Source of the DNA: Tubiluchus corallicola
Taxonomy: Eukaryota; Animalia; Priapulida
Direction of reading: 5' to 3'
DNA: 64,000 bases
Assembly: GCA_030141605.1 (NCBI GenBank)
Contig: JAQGDQ010000055.1
Span: 124,001 to 188,000, forward strand
In this document: positions 12,401-24,400 of the stretch, in pieces
Layout: each line of letters opens with the position of its first letter
How positions within the stretch are numbered: the stretch's first letter is position 1
Position numbers and translations under genes: made by a program
The notes under the pieces: model-generated
Told to the model about the DNA's origin: nothing
Databases searched by the model: none
What the model saw: the letters and a program-made list of their open reading frames with translations, nothing else

Positions 12401-15400
12401 ATCAACAGCCTGCTATAGCTAGATGTAAGAATGATTTTATCAAATCAGTAAATTCCCTTGTGTGCTTCTTCAGATCGGTTAAAAAAGTGTGATTCTCAAG
12501 CTGTTTTGGTCATTCTGTTGCTTGTTCTATGGCAGCTCTATGCTTCAGTTATCTGGCAAGAGTGTTAAATCTCTAGCTGTTGAATTAAGGAAGGCTTTGC
12601 GTGGGATTTGGCATTCCACTAATTGATTGATGAGTTCTGCTTTCAGACATCTATGTACCTGGACTTGGTGACAGCTGGATCCGGAACATACATTCTGATG
12701 GTGAATTATTATATGCCAGACAACGAAAGAACTGACACTTTGTCCGTCGACGTCACCACTGCCTTTGGAACGCAAGCAGGAAAAGCGGTTCTCTATGACT
12801 GCAAGTACAGGTAAAAGCTAGCATACTTTGCATCTTTAGCTAATAAATTCTAGTATAGTGCTAAAGTAACACTATCACTCCTAAGAATGATACATAAAAA
12901 TGTTGTATAGTCAAACCTCTTTGTATCGCCTGCTTTAAAACTGTTGTGGAGATCGCTGGCATCTATTAAATTACATAGAACTTTGTAGAATGTTATGTTA
13001 GAATAATCGTCTTACCGTGTAGAATGTTCTGGAACAAAACTTCTAGAAGCTTCTCGGGCACGCTGTATAAGGTGAAACAGGCCGCTGAGAGACACACGCA
13101 AATTTTGCACCCACGTACACTTACACATTCTCTTGCATACTTGTAATTTCAGATACACTTAAACGTTTTCCAGATTTTCACGTTTAGTGTAATCATTTCG
13201 TGTTCCTTCATACTTTTGTGTTGTAGAATTCTCGCTTAATAAACTAGTTTAGTGTTTTCTGGTTTTCTCTACGAGCCTTCCGAGAGAAACAAAACAATAA
13301 AAACTGCAAAAAAGTTCGCGTTAGCTCCTTCAGGACCGTAAGCGTTTCCTGCATTTTGCATGGATTCATGGAAAACTGCTCTCACTAAGCAATGATTATG
13401 TTATATTTGATAATTTTTATAGATTTCTGCTCCTCATACAATGAATTTTCTTACAAAATTGATTATGAAATGCATTTGCTTACCTTAGACAAATGAATAA
13501 ATTGAAAGAAACTTTCAGTAACTGTAGTGTTTGCACTGTAACAATATACAGTATCGCTTGGGTGAAATTTGCTAATGCAGAAAATTTCAACTATCCGGAA
13601 GCAGCATTCTGATTCACTTTGGCCTCAAGTCTACTCTATTCTCAAGGAGAAATTCCTAATAAAAAAAAGATGAAACAACCTTAATTTGTCCTTGGCTGAT
13701 CGGTTGCTTTTTCCTGGAATAGCAACTGAACACTGTAAAAGGAGCTGCTCAATAGGCTAAGTTGGAGTGCCTGAAAAGGGCACGTTTTTCTTAATTTTGT
13801 CATTAATATCTTAATTATAAATGTTTAAGCAAATAGTATAATTGGGCGGGCAAGATTCTCCTGAATAGCACAGTACCTAATTTGTAATCATTTAGTTATG
13901 TCTGTGCTCATACAGTAGCAAAAATGTCATAGAGAACTATTTTGAATGGTGTGGTCCTGCAAAAGTTAAGCGAATTTGGCATTATAAGAAGGTTCATTAA
14001 TACATGCATGTCTGTGCTATTATAGACATTTGGCCTACGCAAAACTTTGGGTGTTAAGCGAGGTTGGCATTTTTAGTGGGGGGAGCATTATAACAAGGTT
14101 TGATTATACTTCTAAAGGTGAGGTATATCCTGTAGCGGATAGCCGTATAGGCTGAATAGGCTGAAGCCTAAGGTCCGGGATCAAAAGGGGCCCGGCAAAA
14201 TAAAACGAAAAAATTTTTTTTTTGTAAAAAAAAATAAATTGACAAAACAGCAAGGGGCACGCCAAAATAAAATATAGAAAAAAGTTTTTTTTTCAAAAGT
14301 CAGTCACTATATTTCAAATCGGGTTTACAATGCGTTTATCTAATGCAGCACATAGTTGATCTATGATAGAAATAGTCCTAGAAATAGTTTATATAGTCCT
14401 AGTCCACATCTCAAGGATCAAGAAGATATAATTTTTATCACAATCGGTGGGCAAAAACTCACAAAATTAAACAAACTTACAAACGACGAGAGCTCCACAA
14501 AAACACGTCAGCTCAGCAGTGTAGCAACATTTAAAAGGCCCCCGTTCCAAGCTCAAGCCTAAGGCCCATAAAATCATAATCCGCCGCTGGGTATATCTGT
14601 TATTTTGTGCTAAAACTAAACACAAAAACTAAAAAAACTTTAGTTAATGTGATCTGTGATGGAAGAATTAAACACATGTAGATTCTTATTGCTGCTGTCC
14701 AAGTCAAGATTGAATGAACGTCTTTTTCAGGACTCTGTGTCGAGCTGTTGTACTGGACATGGACGGCAAAGCTGCAGAGTACGATGTAACTGCTGACTAC
14801 ATCAGTCTGACATTGCAGGGTTCTGCTGATGTCAATGCTGCTATTGTATGTTGTAACTTGTTTTTACAGTAAACTCCGCATAACTCAAAATCGCATAACT
14901 CAAAGAATTTCAGCGGAACAGATGAAATCCTTCATTTTTCCCACAAATAAACATCACTTAACTCTAAATATATAACTCAAAATTTCACCTAACTCACATA
15001 AAAAATTATGGTCCATTTAATAAAAATACATGTTATTTACTCTAGAAAAGTATAAGAAAAATACAACGCAAAAGCAGTATCAGTTTCTGGGAAAATTCTG
15101 ATGTCTTACAAGTCACGCCCCGATTATTTTCTCCAGGATTGATCTTTCAGTGCTTTCAATACAATCAGTTCTGATGAAACGGGCACAGGATTGGTGCAGA
15201 TTAAGATAACTTAATACTAGACGGAGAGTGCGTAAATAATCGAACTACGCTGTACGTAAGACATTGGTAGCCCCACCGTCATATTGAATGTAATTGTCAT
15301 CAAATCTTGTCTTTTATGTATAGAAGGGTTGAGTTTCTGCTTTCCATTTAGCTTGCTGTCTGGAGGACTGGAGAAGAGGTTTAGAGTTTCTTTGCTGAAA

Positions 15401-18400
15401 AATGATCAACATTGCCTAACTCAGAGTTTTTTCAGTCCGGTTGGATTTGGGTTATGCGGAGTTTACTGTATTATCTGATAGAAGTATTCATTATTGCCTT
15501 TTAACTAAATCACATCATTAAAATGCCCTATTTACTCACCGTCTGATGTCTTTAGTCAGACCCTTACTTATGACATTGTATATCGTGAAACAGTCTGTAT
15601 GTCATCATTCACTCTGTTGCTGTTATGGACACTTTGTTTCGATGATCCACTAACCTTTCTGTGGTTCTCAGCCCCATGGCTTCCGCCTTCACAGTAGGAT
15701 GAGTGCTGATTAATTGAAGCCATACTCTCTCTTTTTAGGATTCTGTTGTTGCCATACCTCTAGATGATTGGAGTTTGGATTACCTGAAGCCACACTTTCA
15801 ATGTATTAAAGGAGCAGACGGCTTGTAAGTGGGGAAGAAGCGATATGGTGTAACTAGCTGTTTATTAATAAAATATCATTTGATATCAAATGATATTAAT
15901 TTAATATCATTTGGCGTTATAAAAATGGCAAATAGCTAATGAAAGTGATTCTGTACTTAAACCATGATAGAATTACTAACACTAATTTCTAGACTAGCTG
16001 TTCATCTACCTCCATTATTTTTCTATGTATACGTTAATTTTCTATTCATATAGAAGTTCTTAGCTAATTAGTCATATCATTTTGAAATTAGAGTGATACT
16101 GGTATTATTTCTAGTAGTATAATTCCCCTATGCTTCATTAAAGGTATTTGTAGTTTAAACGCTTAACTAACAATCCAACTTTTCCATTTCAAACCAAATA
16201 CGTTTTTTCTATACATATCTTCTGGTCTGGAACAATCCCCTGTTTTATATGCGTATATTGCCCCACAGCAACATTTCTGACTGCAAAAATTTCGTTTTTT
16301 GAAAACTTGACTGTGAAGATCTACAAGTCACATTTACTTTATTTCTCATGCTTAAAACAAGTATTAGAAGCTATAATTTTTTATATTTTAGTATAATCGT
16401 CATAGCGCCTAACAACGTGCTTCCCGTTTTTAGCTAACCGTGCCTTTGCAGGTGTCAGGGAAATAACTTCCGATCATTTCCGAGTTCTTAGCTAATTAGT
16501 CATATCATTTTGAAATTAGAGTGATACTGGTATTATTTCTAGTAGTATAATTCCCCTATGCTTCATTAAAGGTATTTGTAGTTTAAACGCTTAACTAACA
16601 ATCCAACTTTTCCATTTCAAACCAAATACGTTTTTTCTATACATATCTTCTGGTCTGGAACAATCTCCTGTTTTATATGCGTATATTGCCCCACAGCAAC
16701 ATTTCTGACTGCAAAAATTTCGTTTTTTGAAAACTTGACTGTGAAGATGCTACACAAGTCACATTTACTTTATTTCTCATGCTTAAAACAAGTATTAGAA
16801 GCTATAATTTTTTATATTTTAGTATAATCGTCATAGCGCCTAACAACGTGCTTCCCGTTTTTAGCTAACTGTGCCTTTGCAGGTGTCAGGGAAATAACTT
16901 CCGATCATTTCCGAGTTCTTACAAGTTTGAAGTTGAAGCTGGTTACAATGCGGAACGGAAACTACCCATTTCAGACTATCCCGGGGAAGTCTTTGATCTA
17001 GATACCGGCCTTATTTACTTGGATGCAGACCAGGTGGGTTTAAGTCTACCTTTCTAACTGACGTTGATGCACCAACTTAACCATAATTGACACCCAAAGT
17101 GTTATATTTAGTTTTATTTTTAAAACAAAACTGTCATATCCTGGTTTTTTCATATCCCTACCCCATTTTGAAGTACAGTAAAATGTATACATTTTAATAA
17201 ATATAATAATGCCAAAGCATTCTGATAATTAAATAATAGGTTAAAAATTTAACTAACAGTGGGCAAGCCCACCTAGTGATGACGTCACAAACTAACATAA
17301 TTTTCAACAGCACAAACATTCCGTGAGCGACTTGAACACGTTTGTGAAAGCAAAAATTGATGTACAGTGCTACTGTAGAACATTTAGTGTAATATACAAA
17401 AACTCCACAAATTTTAAGATAAAAATTTAAATTTACCACTGTGCTCACGCATCATCTCTCGAACATGTGTAGTTTGTCACAAGCTAACACATCTGAACTG
17501 AGAAGTACATCACCTGTTTTTTGTGCAAAGTGTTTCTGAATTGCAAGCGCTAGTGCCCAGAAACGAATGGCAGAATGCATGTAACAGCAAAGAATAATAC
17601 AATTTAGGATTGGGTCCGGTTTTCCTTTAAGCTTTAATGTTTTTTGAAAATTATTGTATTTCGAGTATTATACAAGCAAAGATGTGCTTAGTAAACATCT
17701 GTCTATAGTTTCAACAGATTTATACTAAGCAATTAATGGCACAAATATCAACATTTTTTTGTGGTTTACATCTCAGTTTGCAATGAAAAAATATAATTTC
17801 TGTTAGTTTTCTTTTACTAAACTGACACATTTGAGATTCAGACCTGGGTTACAAACAGCACTGCAAGTTTTTCCATATTTTCTGCACAGGAACCGTTGGA
17901 CGTGACGGGAACTGTTACAAAGCGAGGCACATACAACTTCATTGTTCACTTCTATCAACCCAAATATCCTACGTTTGACGTTGATGTCACTGTTAACATC
18001 GGCGATGGCATTAGCATTCACGAAGGTATCAGTTTGAAAGCTTGTGTAGAAGCAGTAGAACTTTTGTTGTTTGTGATGCTTTAGGCGTATTTTCCACATT
18101 AATTTTCTGTACAAACTTCCTATGATAATTTTCATTTAAATTATCAATTATTGTGTAATGAATTGTTAGTTACTAAATTGTCAAAAATTATGGTTTTACC
18201 TTCTGGTTTTTGCAAAGGGTTTTCACAATTATCTTTACCTATTCACTTTCTGAAAATTCCAGCTTTCCTGCCCACACCGTTTTGCTCCGCTGAATCCGGT
18301 TGCCGAGCGATCATTGAGATGCCAAATGGAGAATTTGAGTTTGACATTGATGCCAACTTTACATTGACCTTCCTGGTGCCTGGAGAGAAAAGCATTTTCA

Positions 18401-21400
18401 TAGTATGTTTCATTTAAGATCAGCTTGTTTACTTTAACTCAATGCATTCTTTCAAATTTTTAGTTAATACATGTAATATTTTGATGCAATGATTCCAGTG
18501 GCGGCTCACAGCTAAAATTAGTGGGTGTGTTGCTTCAGAAAATGTTTAGCCGTTGTTTTGATACTGTGTAAAACAAAACAAATGTATGTAATTTTAATTT
18601 TATAATTTGTGATTATAATTTTAAACAAACAAACATACAAAAATTTATACATAAACTTAATAAAATCCTAAACAAAAAATTATTTTTTGCTTACTGATAG
18701 CCTAAATTGTCGCAGTTCAAGCTTGATCCATTCACAGTAAGCACATGACAACTAACAACAAACTTTGTGAGAGACAGTGCTTTCTCTGTCTGGGCTCAGA
18801 CATGTATGCATGGCCGCATGCGCACAACAGTCATACACTGCGTTGCTGGAGTGCACTGTGCTGGACTGTAAAGCAAACAGTACTACTCTCACATGCTCTG
18901 TTTCCATACAAGTATGAAAAAGAACTAAAGAAAAAAGACTTATTATATTGAATATTATCGATAATATCAAAAGAAAATATAGTGATATCTCAAGATACGA
19001 AATTAATTCGTTCAGAAGGGACTTTCGTATCTTAGAATTTTTGTGTTATAGATTTACCCTATAAGTGGCGTAATCCGTTCTAGTTCCCCCCTCGAAAACA
19101 GTCGTATAAAGTTACATGCTGTACCGACCCGAAAGAAATATGTTCGTTAATGACCAATCGTCGAAAGATTTCGCTCATACTCCTTTGTGATAGCACTTAA
19201 ACGCATGCCACTTTCATATTTAGCTATAATTTCAGGCTTTGTTTCCTTCGATATCATACTTTTCTTCTTATAATTACCACTGGCACTTGCTTTTTTCGGA
19301 CTCATGGTTATTGAATGCGTTCACGTGAGATAAGAGTACAACAAAGCATTCACGTGATGCTATGAAGTGCATTCTCGGAGGACCGCTGTCGGGCGGCACT
19401 TTCGATTTTCGTTTTCGCATCTTGAATATTTTTTCGTTAAATGGGAAGTAAATTTCTTCTAAGCCAGATTCGTATTAAGCATTTTTCGTATAATAGGGTT
19501 TTCATAAGTCAAGGTCCACTATAGGGGGTGCTGCAGTTCCATAGTACTTGAGCCGCCATTAAATGATTCGTAAAACCGTACAAGCCATTATACTGTAAAA
19601 TATCTTTCAGGATTATGTGCTAGCAGTGCCATCTACAGGTCAAAAACCAAACTTGGAAGAAGAGGGATCTGTGGACAAAAGTGCAAGGTTTATATCAGAC
19701 TGCATTGGCAACGACGACTTCAACATTGAGTATGTGTATTATTATTGCATACTAATCTGCTGACAACATTGAGTATGTGTATTATTATTGCATACTAATC
19801 TGCTGGCAACATTGAGTATGTGTATTATTTCTGTAGCTCATTGAAGCATTCATTTTCCTTCGAGTTTTTTCTGTTGCCAAAACTAGATCTTCGTCAGGAA
19901 GAGCCCTCTAATGGATTTAAGCATTAAGCATAACTTCAAATTGCATACTAATCTGCTGACAACATTGAGTATTTGTATTATTATTGCATACTAATCTGCT
20001 GACTACATTAAGTATGTGTATTATTATTGCATACTAATCTGCTGAGAACATTGAGTATGTGTATTATTATTGCATACTAATCTGCTGAAAACATTGAGTA
20101 TGTGTATTATTATTGCTTACTAATCTGCTGACGACATTGAGTATTTGTATTATTATTATATACTAATCTGCTGACAACGTTGAGTATGTGTATTATTATT
20201 GCTTAGTAATCTAATGACAAAATGATTATGTCTAAAGAATCTCACTTTTTGCAAATTTCACAAATTTTATTTACATGTGTGTGCTTTCAGACCAAAACCG
20301 TCCATAAGTCGGCATAGTTAAAACTACGTTATGATGCTTGAAAGTAGAATGCACCAAAATTTAGTCATATGCCAATTTTTTGTTCTTAAAAACAAATGCC
20401 AAATATAATGGACTTTTATATTCTACGATCAAGTTATCAAGAAAATGTTCAAAAAATACTAAAAATCTTATTTTGTAATCCTGTACCCATTTCTCGTGCT
20501 AGAAACTAGTACTTCAATTGTCAAAAAACTTGCATTTTCAAACTTGTATCAGATAGTAAGGTTGTTGAAGTATTCATTTTCGTTTGAGTTTTCTCTGTTG
20601 CCAAGCCCAGATCTTCGTCAGGAAGAGCCATTTACTGAATTTAAGTACTAAGCATAACTTCAATCTGCTCTTGCAAAGTCTGTAGCAACCAACATTTGTG
20701 TGGTTGGTAAGTGCTTTGTAGAAATGCGACAAAAAACAATGGCGAACTTTAACAGCAATTTTCTCAAGATTATGTTTTTCAGTGCGTAGCATGCACCTCA
20801 GCTTCAACGATTATCTTAGCTTACAAATAACATAGAGTGATGTACTTGGTAGCAAAATCATCTTCATGAAATGGAGATTCAGGATATGTGAATAACTAGA
20901 AAAATTAACCGACTTATGGATGATTGTGCTATGCAAGCACACATGTATATTTTTTACCTCGAGCTTAGGCTTAGTAATTTTCTGTAAATTAAATCATTAC
21001 AATGAAAAAGGTGTCAAAATAACCAAAGTTCCTTGAAACAAGACGAAGTTGTGTAAAGATCATGGTTTTTATTCATTCTATTATGCTATTATTATTTATT
21101 ATTATTATTTGTTATATTTGTTTAATTATTCTAAGAACTTCTCGTTAGTGTGCTATGTTTGTCATTGACATTTTTTTCAGAAAAATAACTATAGTTTGTG
21201 CTTTTACTCTGCTGTTTTGATTAGCCAAGCAACGAGTCTATTGTTATTTCTACTTAACATTTTAGCAAGCATGTCGGTAGTTGCTGCTTTTTGCTAATTA
21301 AAAATTTTAATGTTATTTTTTTTTAATTGTAATATTTCGTTTTGATAATTGTAGTCCTAACGTACAAGGCTGGTGTAGGGATGCCGTGTTCTCATTGACA

Positions 21401-24400
21401 ACAGATTACAACAATGGAGCATTACAATGTGACTGTAACATTGACGGGTCGTTGAGTTTCCAGTGCGAGGAATTTGGTGGTAGATGTTTCTGTAAGGACT
21501 ACGTGATTGGGCGAACGTGCTCCCAGTGCCAGTCCGGTTACTATGGATTTCCAGATTGCCAGTGTAAGCCACTTGATGACACGCAGAATTTTTTGTTTAG
21601 GCATGAAACTTGAGCGAATTGGTTTGCGATTTCTTTTATTTTATTTGTTTTTCTTAAAAATCTGTAAAAGTTAAAAGAAACGAATGGCTGTGATCAATTT
21701 ATTCTTTGTTTCTATCAGCCAGTATTAGATTTCTGCAATTTAGCACTTTGTAAGCCAATAGCCAGCAGTCACTGGGCATGGCGTAGTTAATAGTTTCATG
21801 ATTGCAGCGGGACTGGAATCTTTCTCATTTCTCTACAAAGAGACATCCGACCAGCAGAGACGTCTTAACCTTGTTTTGAAGTGATCTTCCCTCAGTGACA
21901 CAGCCAAAGGCAGTGTATCAGATTAAAGTGTTCTGAATCACTTTTCCCAGCAGTTACCCATCCATTTACTAACCAGGACTGATGTTATGTAACTTTTTAG
22001 GCTGGTACACCATGGCAGCCCAGCTATTTTTCTTCTCTCTTTCTCTCTCTCTCTCAAATAATGCATAAAAATCCTGTTGAACGTTTTGTTAAGGTGTTAT
22101 AGCTATCGGCCAGGCTATGTAATGATAAAATTATTATTATTAAAATAATATGATTAAGATAAGATTAAGATTAATGAACTTGTGCCATGGTTACAATCTG
22201 TGCACAAACTAAGTGTCATCCATAAGTGATTTTACAGGTTGTATGAATTAACACCTTGCGATAGTTTCGGCACTTTTGAGTCTGTATCGAAACCTTGCTT
22301 ATTTTTAAAAAGGTTTGCATAATTTTCAGAAACTGTTTTAAATTTTAATTTTGTTTTGTTTATTTTAATGTTTATATAACAATAGTAAAGTGTTCTACAG
22401 CATATAGACAGAGCAATATTAGTAGTGCTTTATAACTGTACTATAGTAAAGTAAAAAATTTAAAGTTGACTTAAAACTTCGGGGAATTAAACACAAATAG
22501 TGAACATTAGAGATGCAGTTAGTTATTTTCTTTAGCTTGTGACTGTCCAAATGGTGTCTGTGAGGAGACGACGGGAGCCTGCATTTGTCCTCCACATGTA
22601 ACAGGTGAACAATGCAACATATGTTTACCGGAAACCTTCGGTTACGATCCATTCATCGGGTGTGAAGAGTGCAAATGTGAGTTCTACGGAGTTGTGGATG
22701 GAAACATGGAGTGCGACCTCATTACAGGACAGTGCAAGTATGTACATTGATTTGTATGCTGACATTGCGATCCTTTAATCTCATTTGTTTAATCGTTGCT
22801 GTAGCAACCAGTTCTCGGTAAAATTGAGTAATACATAATTTTATGACACTTTTGAAGAAAAACCTGATGGGTGTTGCTGCAAAAAGGCATCCACTCATGT
22901 TCAAAATTTCAAATATTCCATTTTACAACTTCTTATATAGCAACGACTTATTTCAAATATGACAAACTTCTGTTTCTTTTTCACCTAATGACGCATGTCT
23001 CATTTATTGCATTTTATGCTCTAAGTCCCGAAATTTTGTTTGGTGCAAGTTCACATTTTGTAAAGAAGTCGCTACTAACGTCACAATGTAAGTATATGCT
23101 GTTGATTACAGGAGACTGTAAAATTTAATTCATTGTTAGTGCTTGCTTAAGTACCGTATATACTCGCATATAAGCCAAATTTAGAACTATAAAATACAAT
23201 ACTGAAATCAGGGGGTCAACTTATATGCGCATGAAACAAAATGAACACAAGGACAGACACATAATTAAACAGAAATGTTATAATTTTTTGTGAATAAATA
23301 GAAAACAAAATATTTTCTTCTTTATTCATATCAAAATGTATAATTTCTTCTATTTCTTCTAGTATGTAACATAAAAGTAAGCATTTTACATCTTTATAGT
23401 AAAAAATTTCCATGAACCAAAAATACCCAATTAACAAAATGTGACAAAAAGGGATCAATTTTGTTGATTGGTTATGGAGTAAAATTAGACAAGTTGATGG
23501 TCGGCTTATATACGGGTTTTTGCAAAAACTGGCCATTTTAAAGCAGTTTTAGGGGGTCGGCTTATATGCGATGTAGGCTTATATGCGAGTATATACAGTA
23601 GATGATTTGTCTTGTTTTTTGACCATTAGAATTTGATTATCTAATGTGTAGAAGAAGAAGAAAGACCCACATGCCCGATGAGTTTAGCATTGGAATAGAT
23701 GAATATGGCATCTATTTATGTTCCCTCAACACACAAGGATAGGTGGCTGGTCATCGCCCAGCCACCTTTCTTTCCCCAGTACATTACCGGGCACTTAACT
23801 GAGGTTGAGATGAGCTAGGAAGGTAGCCAGAGAGTCTCATATAAAAGTCCTATCACTAGAAACCTTTGGGTTGGCTTAAAACTCCATATACCACTAGGCC
23901 ACTGCTTTTAATATGTAGAAGTGGAGTTAACTGCATTCACTTACTTCTTCATAAATTGTATTCATGCTGTTGGAAAAACAATTCTGTATTATAAAAAAGT
24001 TTCTCAGCAAAATTACATGACTAGCATGAAACAGAGAAGAGAATCTTTCGTAAGAAATGAAATTATATATTTTAAAATTACTTAATGCTAGCAAAAGAGA
24101 GCAATATTTGTCTTAACTTATCCCAGGTAATAATAAAGACAGTTCAAAATTTTTTGTACAAGCTTCATAACATTTAAATAAAAATCCAAAACATGCAAAA
24201 TTACATTCACCCATAACTTCTGTTTTTAATTCTTCAACCAGAAGTCACTACACAAAAACACTCAATCTTATTAATTATGCGAACGGTCAATTTCGAATGA
24301 CCATCAACACATTACAAGAATGCAAAAAAACTAATCCAAGTAAGAAAGTGCAACACCAGCAAGCTCTTTTGCCGCCAGACTTAGTCAGAGCAAGTTGAAA

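Noticed and set aside
19721-20218. CRISPR-like regular repeat (also 32627-33056)
   Set aside because: Head-to-tail units without unique spacers, no cas genes, eukaryotic intron context
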